A DNA stretch of 64,000 nucleotides from a virus (Duplodnaviria > Caudoviricetes): positions 96,001-160,000 of IMG/VR virus record IMGVR_UViG_3300028588_000015. One strand, given 5' to 3'. The number at the start of each line of letters is the position of its first letter. Within the stretch, counting starts at the first letter, position 1. Below the pieces are notes generated by a model. It was not told the DNA's origin. It ran no database searches and worked only from the letters and a program-made list of their open reading frames with translations. This document shows positions 26,620 through 36,014 of this stretch, one piece after another. Position numbers and translations under genes: made by a program.

Positions 26620-28203
26620 ATGAACACGAACAAAAACAAAGAACTGTCGTACGAAGCCCGCATGTCGTTGGCCATCACTCTTTACGGTGCCGTCGACATC
26701 GCATCTGGCGCCATCTTCGGCAAGAACAGGGTGATCGAAAAAATGGACCAACTCGGTGTCCCGAAATTCGAATCCGAGCTTACCCCAAAACAACGACAAG
26801 TGCTGGAAGAAAAGGGCCACCTGATTCGCGAAGTGAATCTGGAAAACCCGAAGCAAAATATCCTGTTCGATCAAGAACCATCTGTCGGTGATTTCCGCGA
26901 CCGCGCGCAAAACCTTGAAAAGCCGCTCAACGACGGCGGCGTGTACCACCTCGACGTGTCGCATGGACCGAATGGTTGGCTAGTGGCGCACCATCTGTTT
27001 CATGCACTGAAAGTGCAGGGTGTTTCGATGGAACTGGCCGACGGTACTTTCGTCGATCCGACTGTCCTCGAAGCAGTGCTTGCTGAATCGGGCTGGAACT
27101 GGCAACAAAGCAAGTTCGTGATCGTGCTGCCGGTCTTGAAGGACATCAAAGAGAAGGCCGACGCGTACAACACAATGTACCGGGAAGCAGCCGAAGCGGC
27201 CAGCGCCCTCGAAGACGCCCAAGCGAAGTACACCGAAGCCATGCTCAAGCTGGGCAAAAACCCGGCGCCGGCGATGTTCAAGCCGCAATCCTCGGGCCAG
27301 CCTTTCACCGACGACAACCGTAAGCCGAGCTGGTTGGGTGATGCGCCGGCCAGCCAAGAACATCCCAGCTTCTTTGACGTTCCACGCACCAATTCTGAGA
27401 TCAATCGAGAATCGTTTAGGCACGTGCCGTTCGATGTGCTCGAGCGCGTATTTAAGACTCTTGATCGCGAGATGGTACTCAAAATGTACAGTTTGGAGCT
27501 GAACGAATACGAGGCCATCAAGGAAGCATTGAAGTGCGGTTTCCAGGTTCTCTGGCAAAAGAGTACCGCCATGTTGTATGTAACGGATATACCCATCTCG
27601 TCGCAGGCGGGCATTGAAGGCTTTGCGGCATATATCCAAGATACACGCAAGGCAGAACGTCGCCTGAATCAAGCAAGTCACCGTATTACCCGGCGCTTTA
27701 TTTTGAATGCTCGTCTTGATTCCATGCCAGTTCGCCGCATGGAATTGAATAACCTGCCGATTTCCATGGTGGTGAATGACTTCACGGGATGGCGGCGCGT
27801 TGCGGCGATGCGCTACTACGGTCTGAGCGAGGCAGAAGTCGGTGGCTTCCTGCGCAGCGTACGCAGCGGCTATCGTGCCATCATCAAGGCCGACGGTACG
27901 CTTGGCGGGGACAGCGTCATGCCGGTCGATAAGGAAAAAGGGTTCGGTGGTCACTTGGTGTACGAAAAGGGTGCCGGTCTTATCGGCGGCGACATCAGTC
28001 CTGAGCGACACCAAGAATTGATGTCGGCATTCCGGAAGATTCAGCAATATCCGACGGGCTTCTACATGAAGGAACCGGTTCCAACTCAGCCCGCTGATGT
28101 TAGCGATGATTTTCAGGGCGAGCAGTTGAATGGTACGATCGAATTGCCGGAGAAAGAAAATTTCGATAACCCGCCGACGCCAGAAGAACCGCCGCAATCG
28201 TAA
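26620..28203 (+). CDS. Hypothetical protein (527 aa)
   Basis: Long ORF, purine-rich leader, followed by hairpin 28210-28235. Confidence 0.85.
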   Translation: MNTNKNKELSYEARMSLAITLYGAVDIASGAIFGKNRVIEKMDQLGVPKFESELTPKQRQVLEEKGHLIREVNLENPKQNILFDQEPSVGDFRDRAQNLEKPLNDGGVYHLDVSHGPNGWLVAHHLFHALKVQGVSMELADGTFVDPTVLEAVLAESGWNWQQSKFVIVLPVLKDIKEKADAYNTMYREAAEAASALEDAQAKYTEAMLKLGKNPAPAMFKPQSSGQPFTDDNRKPSWLGDAPASQEHPSFFDVPRTNSEINRESFRHVPFDVLERVFKTLDREMVLKMYSLELNEYEAIKEALKCGFQVLWQKSTAMLYVTDIPISSQAGIEGFAAYIQDTRKAERRLNQASHRITRRFILNARLDSMPVRRMELNNLPISMVVNDFTGWRRVAAMRYYGLSEAEVGGFLRSVRSGYRAIIKADGTLGGDSVMPVDKEKGFGGHLVYEKGAGLIGGDISPERHQELMSAFRKIQQYPTGFYMKEPVPTQPADVSDDFQGEQLNGTIELPEKENFDNPPTPEEPPQS

Positions 28204-28257
28204 TTCACCAGGAGGGACACCGAAATGTCCCTCCTTCTCATTAAGAAAGGAGAAAGC

Positions 28258-28569
28258 ATGTTTGACCTGAATGTATTGTTGGCGCAAATTCGCCAGTTTG
28301 AAGAAGTTACATGTATTCGCATTTTCCAGAAAGATGGCATTTACGATCTGGGGGGTATCAAAAACATCACTCTGCTGTCGGATGACTTTCGTGGTCTAGT
28401 CCATGCCATTTATCTTAACTTGATAATGTACGTGCGTGGACGCGATATCAGTTTCGTACAGGAACATGCAGATGAAATGGAGAACCACGGTTACTCCGTC
28501 CGTACTGAAGGCGAAGGAAGTGATCTGGTGTGCTTCCTGAAAACATCCGTTGGCGACCTGAAGTTCTAG
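28258..28569 (+). CDS. Hypothetical protein
   Basis: ATG at 28258 after AAGGAG (the ATG at 28225 lies inside a hairpin). Confidence 0.65.
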   Translation: MFDLNVLLAQIRQFEEVTCIRIFQKDGIYDLGGIKNITLLSDDFRGLVHAIYLNLIMYVRGRDISFVQEHADEMENHGYSVRTEGEGSDLVCFLKTSVGDLKF

Positions 28570-28632
28570 GCATAAAAAGCAAGGGAGTTCCCTTGCTTTT
28601 TTTTCTTTGTTCGTTTAAGTGATTGGAGAATA

Positions 28633-28650
28633 TTGCGATCACATATCATC
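28633..28650 (+). promoter_or_regulatory. Putative phage promoter motif copy
   Basis: TTGCGATCACATATCATC after terminator at 28569-28607. Confidence 0.5.
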
Positions 28651-28698
28651 GCCCTGTAATGACGATGGTGTCATTCTTTTTCAATCATTGGAGCAATC

Positions 28699-29142
28699 AT
28701 GGCCCGTGTTAACAAACAGTTCTCTATCCACCTGAATTTCAACTATGCGTTTCACGCTTGGTACGACATCATGCAAGAAGCCGAAGATGTCGCCACCTTG
28801 GCCAAAGCGTGCGAGCTTTACCGCGAGTTTGAAGAAGCCGACGAATTGGGGATGAAGGAACTCATTTCGGTAAACTCCGATAAACTCATGCGCCTGAGCG
28901 ACGAGGTAAGGCAGAAACATACCAGCACGTTGATGGTGCTTCGCACGCAGTGGGAGACAGTGGTCAAGTACAAGATTCAAGAAAGCTTGGACACCGACAA
29001 GACCATCACCCAGATCGAGGCCATTACGAAACTCACCAAACAGATCATTCGCGACGATCAACATTATCGTCACCGGATGTCCACCACGATGGCGATGCGC
29101 GTCGCACTGGAAGTGGGTTTGGAATTGATCAAGGCTCTTTGA
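28699..29142 (+). CDS. Hypothetical helical protein
   Basis: 147-aa ORF, GGAG RBS. Confidence 0.8.
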   Translation: MARVNKQFSIHLNFNYAFHAWYDIMQEAEDVATLAKACELYREFEEADELGMKELISVNSDKLMRLSDEVRQKHTSTLMVLRTQWETVVKYKIQESLDTDKTITQIEAITKLTKQIIRDDQHYRHRMSTTMAMRVALEVGLELIKAL

Positions 29143-29196
29143 GTAGTTACGTTTTCATTTGAAGTGAATTAATTAAAAAGAAAGAAGGAAAAAGAA

Positions 29197-29601
29197 ATGG
29201 CAAAGAACGTAAAGAAAGTAAGCGCACGCAAGACAGGCCCGATGCCCGTGGTGACCAACTTCTACGGGACCAGCGGCCGGGTGGTGCTGTGGACCAACCG
29301 CGCCTACGACGAAGAGAACGCCGTCGACCGCGCGTTCCGTTACATGCGACGCAATGAGTACGGCGCCTTTGTGGCCGAAGTGTCGAACTCAGAGACCGGT
29401 GAACTCTACGCCGTGATCATCCACTCGGTGGTGGGTGAAATCAGGGCCATCTTCCGCCGCGATCCGACCACGAAGGTGATCGTAACCGATTTCGATGTGC
29501 GCCTCGTGGAAAGCGCAAAGGGGGAAGATGTGGATCTCATCAATCTGATCCTCCAAGAGAGCCGGCTGGAAAAGAAGATCCAGGAGAAAGTCAATGGATA
29601 G
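29197..29601 (+). CDS. Hypothetical protein
   Basis: 134-aa ORF, purine-rich leader. Confidence 0.8.
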   Translation: MAKNVKKVSARKTGPMPVVTNFYGTSGRVVLWTNRAYDEENAVDRAFRYMRRNEYGAFVAEVSNSETGELYAVIIHSVVGEIRAIFRRDPTTKVIVTDFDVRLVESAKGEDVDLINLILQESRLEKKIQEKVNG

Positions 29602-30118
29602 GACTACTGAATCTGCGATCAAAAAAGCGCAACACTTATCAAAGCTAAATTTACCTCTATCCATAAGTGAAGCCGTGTACAAGTTGTATCTTCGGCTAAA
29701 GCAAATAAAGACAAAAGCAAAAAACGAAGGAAAGGACATCGCAGTCGACTTTGTTTTCAAAAGTGCCGAGAAAGACACCATGGCCGAGGTATATCTTCTC
29801 CCTAACGGGCTGGATAAAAATGAATATCACAATCACTGTCAACATGGTGTGCTAATTGCTTCGCTGCCTAGGAGAAATTCCGACTTGGTGATAGTTTTTA
29901 TGAAATTCCAAATCACCTCCGGCAAGCGGAAATTAATTAGCAATGAAAGAAAGCTCTATCCAACCAAACGCCCTAGGAAAGCGAATCTTGCTACCCAAGA
30001 AATTATTTGGGCTGCACAGAATCAAGTAACCTTAGGTGACATGAGTAAAATGGAAGATGATGTCTTGGATTTTTTGTTCAAAGACATCGAACCGCAACAA
30101 GGAGATATCAATGGATAA
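29594..30118 (+). CDS. Hypothetical protein (paralog of 30111-30605)
   Basis: MDRTTESAIKKAQHLSKLNLPLSISEAV; AT-rich. Confidence 0.7.
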   Translation: MDRTTESAIKKAQHLSKLNLPLSISEAVYKLYLRLKQIKTKAKNEGKDIAVDFVFKSAEKDTMAEVYLLPNGLDKNEYHNHCQHGVLIASLPRRNSDLVIVFMKFQITSGKRKLISNERKLYPTKRPRKANLATQEIIWAAQNQVTLGDMSKMEDDVLDFLFKDIEPQQGDING

Positions 30119-30605
30119 AAGCTTTGGTTCGTTCTTGGAAACAGCAAAAGACTTAGCGGAATTACGGCTTCCACCCAGTGTATCGGACGCAGTGTTGGTA
30201 ATTCAAAACACCATGCAGGCGACCAAGAAAGCGTTTCGTGATCAAAACAAAGAGCATCACGCTCTCCTTTACATCGATCGTTTGGGTCCGGAATTCAAGC
30301 GCCCCGGTGTGTCGATCTGCTGGGTACCTGACGAGCGCAAAACATTTGGCTACGAGGCCAAAGCCGTGATCCATGTCACTGAAATTGATCCCTATACGAG
30401 TGACGTCATGCTGTTGGCGATGCGACTTAACATATCGCACCCCCTCGCTACGGTACGGTATCGCCGGTACTGCAAGGACGATTACCGTAACCTCTCACGT
30501 GCCGCAGCAACGCAAGCGGCGTCGCACGGGATTACGCTACACAACATGCAGGACATCGGCCAGTACGTAATCGCATACCTGATGAAAATCCAAGAAACCC
30601 CATAA
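30111..30605 (+). CDS. Hypothetical protein (paralog of 29594-30118)
   Basis: MDKSFGSFLETAKDLAELRLPPSVSDAV; AAGGAG RBS. Confidence 0.75.
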   Translation: MDKSFGSFLETAKDLAELRLPPSVSDAVLVIQNTMQATKKAFRDQNKEHHALLYIDRLGPEFKRPGVSICWVPDERKTFGYEAKAVIHVTEIDPYTSDVMLLAMRLNISHPLATVRYRRYCKDDYRNLSRAAATQAASHGITLHNMQDIGQYVIAYLMKIQETP

Positions 30606-30621
30606 CAGGAGATTTACAAGA

Positions 30622-31029
30622 ATGGCGCAGCCTATTATTGACCATCTGCTCAGCAGGATTAACAACTTAATGGAGCACACTGACAGCAATAAGTGCTGCG
30701 TCGCATCGCAGGACCCGCGTGATCTCAGCGGCATGACTGACCCTAGCTTTTTGGCTTGGCTTCGTAAGAAAGACAAGCCCACCGACAAGGTGTGCGGGCA
30801 GCATGGCGTAAAGCTAAGCTTACAGACCCGCCACGACAGCGCGGGTGAGAAAGCGTACGTATTGATGTTTGACGATAAAGATGAGATGCACTGCGCCATT
30901 CGTCAATACCGGGTCAGTGATGATGCAGTAAGCGTACTTGCTGGCACCAAAGATTTGTCGTCGATGATTGTCGACGTCGTTGCATTTTTGTTGTGGCGCA
31001 CCATGCCGGCTGCGCCACGCACGGATTAA
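30622..31029 (+). CDS. Hypothetical protein
   Basis: 135-aa ORF, AGGAG RBS. Confidence 0.75.
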   Translation: MAQPIIDHLLSRINNLMEHTDSNKCCVASQDPRDLSGMTDPSFLAWLRKKDKPTDKVCGQHGVKLSLQTRHDSAGEKAYVLMFDDKDEMHCAIRQYRVSDDAVSVLAGTKDLSSMIVDVVAFLLWRTMPAAPRTD

Positions 31030-31047
31030 CCCAAAGGAGATATTGAC

Positions 31048-31428
31048 ATGCAGCAGCATACTGACATCAATCGCGTCATCGACACCATCTACACCTTGGC
31101 CAATAACAAGATCCAGACGGTACCGAAGAACGCATCGGTGATCCGGGCCACTTCCAGCGAGGCGCTCCATGATCTCGCTATCGCGCAGTACGAGCGCGTG
31201 GCAATGATCTTTCCCGTGGAAGACGTGGCTCACGAAGTCGATCAAGTCGGTCTCGTCCTGTACACGAGCTACGGCGGCATGGAAATGACCAAGCAACTCA
31301 TTTTCATGCCAGCAGAAGAAAATGGGATGGTGAACTTTCCCTTGGCTGGGATGGACCGCCGTACCAACGCGCAGCTGGCGAACATCGTGACCGAGTTCAT
31401 CTGCACCGGGAATATGCCACCACAATAG
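31048..31428 (+). CDS. Hypothetical protein
   Basis: 126-aa ORF, AAGGAG RBS. Confidence 0.8.
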   Translation: MQQHTDINRVIDTIYTLANNKIQTVPKNASVIRATSSEALHDLAIAQYERVAMIFPVEDVAHEVDQVGLVLYTSYGGMEMTKQLIFMPAEENGMVNFPLAGMDRRTNAQLANIVTEFICTGNMPPQ

Positions 31429-31437
31429 GAGTGGGTG

Positions 31438-31851
31438 ATGGACAATAAACCCAAGATCGTTATCCTCGATATCAAAAAAGAGTTCGATGCTTTTTGTAAG
31501 CGGGTCGAACCTTTGCTTGTGGGTACCGATTATACGCCAAGCGGACTCATCGAGTTCGTCTGGATAAGTTTCGGGGATCGCCAGATTATGGACGACATGA
31601 TCCCCGACGCTATCGATACCATTCTTCCCGAGGAAGAGTACGACGGTCCAATGTGCCATGAAAATGTGAGGCAACTGTCAAGTGAACTCTGGAACTTTTG
31701 TAGAACACTGGCTTTTCACCTCAACAGCAACGAACTCTACGGTAGCGATAACCTCATGCCGTATCACCTGCGTTTTCATCCGCATCTCGGTTTGTATCTC
31801 AAGTACGATACTGAATGGAAAAAGGAACTCGAAAAACTGCGTAGTTACTAA
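31438..31851 (+). CDS. Paralog family A member
   Basis: KPKIVILDI...LYGSDNLMPYHL...GLYLKY. Confidence 0.75.
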   Translation: MDNKPKIVILDIKKEFDAFCKRVEPLLVGTDYTPSGLIEFVWISFGDRQIMDDMIPDAIDTILPEEEYDGPMCHENVRQLSSELWNFCRTLAFHLNSNELYGSDNLMPYHLRFHPHLGLYLKYDTEWKKELEKLRSY

Positions 31852-31912
31852 TGAAAAGGCGTTACTTCGGTAACGCTTTTTATGCGTAAAAAATAAAGAA
31901 AAGGAAAGAAAA

Positions 31913-32548
31913 ATGGATAGGCATAGAACACTGTATCGCAACGAGCAGGTAGGTATTCTTCTGGTAGTTCCAGAGAAGACTTCGCCGACCACCGGCAAAA
32001 TCTATAAACCAGAAAGATACATGGATCAGCAAGTTCTTAGCAATCTAAAACAACTGTTCGAGACGGTTGGCGATGGCGCCGAGAATCTATTGATTAACGC
32101 CACTGTCGAAAACACGCGCATGCAGTTTGGCGAGATACAATCGCCGAACATAAAAGAAAATCCCAAATTTATCGTGGTTCATAACAACGCGGGGACTACG
32201 CATTATTTCGGCGTGTTCGTCAATCTAAAAGAAACGAGCCAAGACAGCCTTGGTCGTTTCTATGGGTTTCCTGACTGCTGTATTGATTACTTCATGTCGG
32301 ACGCATTCTGGGAAGACAGAAAGAATGACTATATTGCAGTTTTTGATGGTACAGGGTACATTGCGTGTCCGTGTTGCAATCAAAAGGTGAAAGACGATTT
32401 GCAGGCAGAAATCAATGCCAAGCGCAGCGCTAGTGTACCCTTCCCAGAGGTTACGGATAGCAACTATTCATTAGTCTTGGAATATAGTGAATACGTCCTC
32501 GCTTTCGCGCAAGGAAAACTTAATCCACCTGAGGATAAAAATACGTAG
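31913..32548 (+). CDS. Hypothetical phage protein with Cys cluster
   Basis: GRFYGFPDCCIDYF...GTGYIACPCC...PFP. Confidence 0.75.
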   Translation: MDRHRTLYRNEQVGILLVVPEKTSPTTGKIYKPERYMDQQVLSNLKQLFETVGDGAENLLINATVENTRMQFGEIQSPNIKENPKFIVVHNNAGTTHYFGVFVNLKETSQDSLGRFYGFPDCCIDYFMSDAFWEDRKNDYIAVFDGTGYIACPCCNQKVKDDLQAEINAKRSASVPFPEVTDSNYSLVLEYSEYVLAFAQGKLNPPEDKNT

Positions 32549-32578
32549 TCGCTATAATGAGTGAAGGAGGAAAGATGC

Positions 32579-32953
32579 ATGGAACCAAAAATCATCGTGC
32601 TCGACGCCGGCACGAAGGTACATGAGTTAAAGAAAGTGTGTGCAGAAGGGGTCCCTTATCTGTACGATTATCCACGCGACATCTGTTCTAACCTTGTGCG
32701 CTGTGCTACCAACCGTGTGGCGCCCTATGGCGAACTGATCAAGTACGTGGCAAAAATCAAGCATGGTTCCAACGAAAACATGCCACAGGAGATGCTAGTG
32801 CGATTAACCACTGTCGTAGGTGACCTGGGTTTTTCTTTGATCGAATCCATGAAACGATTAAAAACACACGACATTCAATTAGAAGAGGATGAATGGATGC
32901 CGTACCACTTTCACAGTGCGCGGCGGAACGTCGTGGTACTGGCGAAAAACTGA
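32579..32953 (+). CDS. Paralog family A member
   Basis: MEPKIIVLD...WMPYHFHS...VVVLAK. Confidence 0.75.
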   Translation: MEPKIIVLDAGTKVHELKKVCAEGVPYLYDYPRDICSNLVRCATNRVAPYGELIKYVAKIKHGSNENMPQEMLVRLTTVVGDLGFSLIESMKRLKTHDIQLEEDEWMPYHFHSARRNVVVLAKN

Positions 32954-32960
32954 GGTCACC

Positions 32961-33341
32961 ATGAAACAGCCTCGCTATGTGGTACTAGATTTGAAGGAAA
33001 AATTCCGGCGCTTTCGAAACTACGTGGCTGACATTCCAATGACTGTGGGTCTCGTGTCAGTATCGCAGCTACTTCAAGAAGTACTGGAGAGTATTCTCAG
33101 TGATTGCCAGTACTGGGATATATCCATTGGTACGATGTGTCGGAATTGTTTGCAGGTAGTGGACCGCTATGTGCAAAAAGGTGATTTCGAGCCGCGCTTA
33201 GACCTTTACACCGTAAGCACCGAGTTAGCGTTTGTTGTTAGACAGAAGGTGGAGAAACACAGCCTCGAAGAAGGTGACCGCTTTTTGTATGAATACAAGC
33301 AGCACAGTCCAGACGGACTCTTGGTGCTTAAACTGACGTGA
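32961..33341 (+). CDS. Paralog family A member
   Basis: MKQPRYVVLDL...FLYEY...DGLLVLKL. Confidence 0.75.
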   Translation: MKQPRYVVLDLKEKFRRFRNYVADIPMTVGLVSVSQLLQEVLESILSDCQYWDISIGTMCRNCLQVVDRYVQKGDFEPRLDLYTVSTELAFVVRQKVEKHSLEEGDRFLYEYKQHSPDGLLVLKLT

Positions 33342-33374
33342 AAGCCATACATGACATGATCGAATGGGGGGAAC

Positions 33375-33752
33375 ATGCGGCAGCCTAAAGTCATCATCCT
33401 CGATTTGCGCGAAGCCAGTGGTGAATTTTTAGAGAACTTGAAAACAGAATTTGCGGCACCCCAAGAAAGCTGTTTGCAAGCCCTCACAGGCACGCTCGAA
33501 GGCGCTTTCATGACAGGCATCGGGGCATTGGCGTTTCGCTCCAATGAAAGTCGAAAGTTCTTTTCGAGTACGCCTGTCGACAGTGAACGTATGTTGTTTC
33601 GTTTGTACAAGACGCGCCTAGTCAATGAACTCGGTACCAAGATGTTGCAGCACGGTATCGTAGACGTCGATGACGGTGACTACTACTTAAGTGGTGTCGT
33701 ACAACAGGGTGTTCTTGTACTCAAAGCAAAGGACACTCATGGTAAGACCTAA
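33375..33752 (+). CDS. Paralog family A member
   Basis: MRQPKVIILDL...DYYL...GVLVLKA. Confidence 0.75.
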   Translation: MRQPKVIILDLREASGEFLENLKTEFAAPQESCLQALTGTLEGAFMTGIGALAFRSNESRKFFSSTPVDSERMLFRLYKTRLVNELGTKMLQHGIVDVDDGDYYLSGVVQQGVLVLKAKDTHGKT

Positions 33753-34107
33753 GATCGTTTTGCTTGATACCGCAGCGGTCTTAGAGCGTTTCCAAGACCA
33801 CGTAGGGGATTACTTCGACGAGGAAGAGGAAACGCTCCTAATGACCATTGTGAGGCAAATCTGCGAGCTTTTAGAAGACTGGGACACCGCAGACTTTTTA
33901 CTCCGAGAAGTGGCCAGCGATTTGATCGAGTCACTCAACCTCAAAGAGGGGTCAGAGAAAGCGGTTGCGCTGCGTAAGGGTGTGCTGGAAATCGCGCACA
34001 CCATTATCGGTAAAATCGAGCAACACCGCTTGCTCGAAGATGGTATCCTGTATTACAACTTCAGTGGTATGCATGGGTACAATGTTGTATTACGTTCTAT
34101 TTTTTAG
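33739..34107 (+). CDS. Paralog family A member
   Basis: MVRPKIVLLDT...ILYYNF...NVVLRS. Confidence 0.75.
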   Translation: MVRPKIVLLDTAAVLERFQDHVGDYFDEEEETLLMTIVRQICELLEDWDTADFLLREVASDLIESLNLKEGSEKAVALRKGVLEIAHTIIGKIEQHRLLEDGILYYNFSGMHGYNVVLRSIF

Positions 34108-34115
34108 GAGGTATT

Positions 34116-34574
34116 ATGGTGCCACATATTCCCGGTGCCGTGATTCTGGATATACGGCCGGCGTATCGTCAATTTATCAAAGAAGCCAACCCATTTCTCA
34201 TCGGCACCGATGTTAAACCTGAAGCAATTATTGAAGAGATTTGGGAAGCCTTCTTTGACAAAGACACGGTCGATGATCGTTTACTTGACACGGTTTGCGA
34301 CATCGGACGACGTTCTATTTTTGAACGCGCCAATAACGATTCAGAATCTTTCGTACATGTTCTCACTGACTTCGCACAGGTCATGCAGGCGCGGCTTGAG
34401 AGTCATCGTCTGTACGATGGACGCGGTTATCTGCCATTCAATATCGAGGTCGAGCCAGACGGTTTGATTGTTTTGAAACGTGATGACCATCTCGACCAGA
34501 TCCAGCAAGAATGGGACAAGGGCCAAGAAGAAGTAGAAGAGAACCCAGATGACCTTGAATACCTCGACGAATGA
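34116..34574 (+). CDS. Paralog family A member
   Basis: PGAVILDI...LYDGRGYLPFNI...DGLIVLKR; AGGAGG RBS. Confidence 0.75.
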   Translation: MVPHIPGAVILDIRPAYRQFIKEANPFLIGTDVKPEAIIEEIWEAFFDKDTVDDRLLDTVCDIGRRSIFERANNDSESFVHVLTDFAQVMQARLESHRLYDGRGYLPFNIEVEPDGLIVLKRDDHLDQIQQEWDKGQEEVEENPDDLEYLDE

Positions 34575-34620
34575 TATAGGTTCATGTATTCAGTGAACCC
34601 AATCCACTAGGGACGCTGTC

Positions 34621-34746
34621 ATGAAGTCATTCGCAGGTAAAATGTTGTTCTGGTTTATCGGTAGCTTCGTTGCCGGTAGTTTTCTTATTCTCTACGCCTG
34701 TACCGACCAAGCCGATCAGCGGGCGCTGGAGTCATCTTCGCAGTAA
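34621..34746 (+). CDS. Small membrane peptide (41 aa), absent from ORF track
   Basis: MKSFAGKMLFWFIGSFVAGSFLILYACTDQADQRALESSSQ; ends at a bidirectional terminator. Confidence 0.5.
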   Translation: MKSFAGKMLFWFIGSFVAGSFLILYACTDQADQRALESSSQ

Positions 34747-34748
34747 AG

Positions 34749-34820
34749 CGGCATACACCCCCTCTCTACCCTTCCCAATAACGGGATGGCTGTAGAGAGG
34801 GGGTGTATTGCTTTTATGCC
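34749..34820. terminator. Bidirectional terminator between convergent genes
   Basis: ATACACCCCCTCTCTAC...GTAGAGAGGGGGTGTAT long stem; TTTTATGCC on +, TATGCCGC on -. Confidence 0.8.
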
Positions 34821-34845
34821 TTATTTTTTGTTTCCTTGGTGCAAC

Positions 34846-35268
34846 TTACTCTTTGATGTACTGATCGAACTCACGGTCGATCAGGTGGCCTTTTTTGCTA
34901 CCGCCGATCTTTTTCTTGAACCCAGCTTTCGTGAAGACAGCAATCGATGCATGGTTATCGGACTCGATCCATGCACGGCCTTTCTTGTTCATATAGAAAA
35001 TCGTCAAAAAGCCAACGGCTACACCTTTGCCACGGTACTTGGGATCAACGAAGATTGAGTCGGTCTGGTAGTACCCATCTGATTTTCGTTTTACCCAAGC
35101 CAAACCCGCTAACTCACCCTCATGGTAGATCAGGTGCATATTGGAGTCAGGCTCTTCGAGAACGCTCTCACCCAAGAAGCGATCCTTCGACGCCATGCGG
35201 ATAAGTTCGCGGATGCGATCGTCTTCCTTGTGGCCTTCTAGCGCCATGCGCAAGTATTTACTCATCAT
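34846..35268 (-). CDS. GNAT-family acetyltransferase with N-terminal LRMALE motif
   Basis: IFVDPKYRGKGVA (acetyl-CoA motif A), NHASIAVFTKAGF (motif B). Confidence 0.85.
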   Translation of the reverse strand: MMSKYLRMALEGHKEDDRIRELIRMASKDRFLGESVLEEPDSNMHLIYHEGELAGLAWVKRKSDGYYQTDSIFVDPKYRGKGVAVGFLTIFYMNKKGRAWIESDNHASIAVFTKAGFKKKIGGSKKGHLIDREFDQYIKE

Positions 35269-36002
35269 CGTGCCCAAGCCACGAGTGGATTGTCGTGACT
35301 CAACATGGCAGCGCGCAAGACCTTCTCGCCCATGTATTCCCCCTTGGTGATCGACACGGCTGTGAACTCTTGGTCGTGTTTCCAGCTTTCGGTGTTTTGG
35401 TCCACCGGGCCTTCGATCTTCCAGTACCCCTTGTCGAGGTGAATATTCTTGGAGAACCGAATTCCACCCTCCTTCACGATCTCCGCGTAAAAGGTCATGC
35501 GACCCTGCGGGGTCTTTCTTGAACGCGCCACGTACTGCAAGGAAACACAGAAGAACCGCCCCGCAGTCTCAGGAATGAATTCCGTCGTCTCGGGGCTGTA
35601 TGACACCATCCAGTGTTCATCCGAGGCCGCTTGATCGTGCACCATGCTCTTGTTGGGTTTGAGCGCAGCACCGAAGGGGAGGGCATAAATCTTGTACCCG
35701 CCTTTATAGTCCTTCTCTTCCCCGTCGGAAGCATACTCGAAGAAGTCGCTCTCGGTAGCTGCGTAACCGAGGATACAGCCCAACAGCGTCGGTGCCACAT
35801 AGACCCGTGTGATGTCCCGGCATTCGCTGGGTGCACCCCGCAGGGTCAGCTGCGGGATGAATTTGCGAATGTTGGTGTTGGTACTGATGTGGATGAAGTA
35901 GTCGATTCCCACTTCCTCCGGCGTCACCACCGTGGTGTTCTTTTGCACCCGGGCACTACAGTGCTCTAGGTGTTTTTCTAACTTATCCCGATCATTGGCC
36001 AT
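35265..36002 (-). CDS. Hypothetical protein (possible ADP-ribosyltransferase-like fold)
   Basis: FIHIS...FIPQL...RVYVAPTLLGC...DEHW pattern; 245 aa. Confidence 0.65.
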   Translation of the reverse strand: MANDRDKLEKHLEHCSARVQKNTTVVTPEEVGIDYFIHISTNTNIRKFIPQLTLRGAPSECRDITRVYVAPTLLGCILGYAATESDFFEYASDGEEKDYKGGYKIYALPFGAALKPNKSMVHDQAASDEHWMVSYSPETTEFIPETAGRFFCVSLQYVARSRKTPQGRMTFYAEIVKEGGIRFSKNIHLDKGYWKIEGPVDQNTESWKHDQEFTAVSITKGEYMGEKVLRAAMLSHDNPLVAWAR

Positions 36003-36014
36003 AATTGTCCTTTT

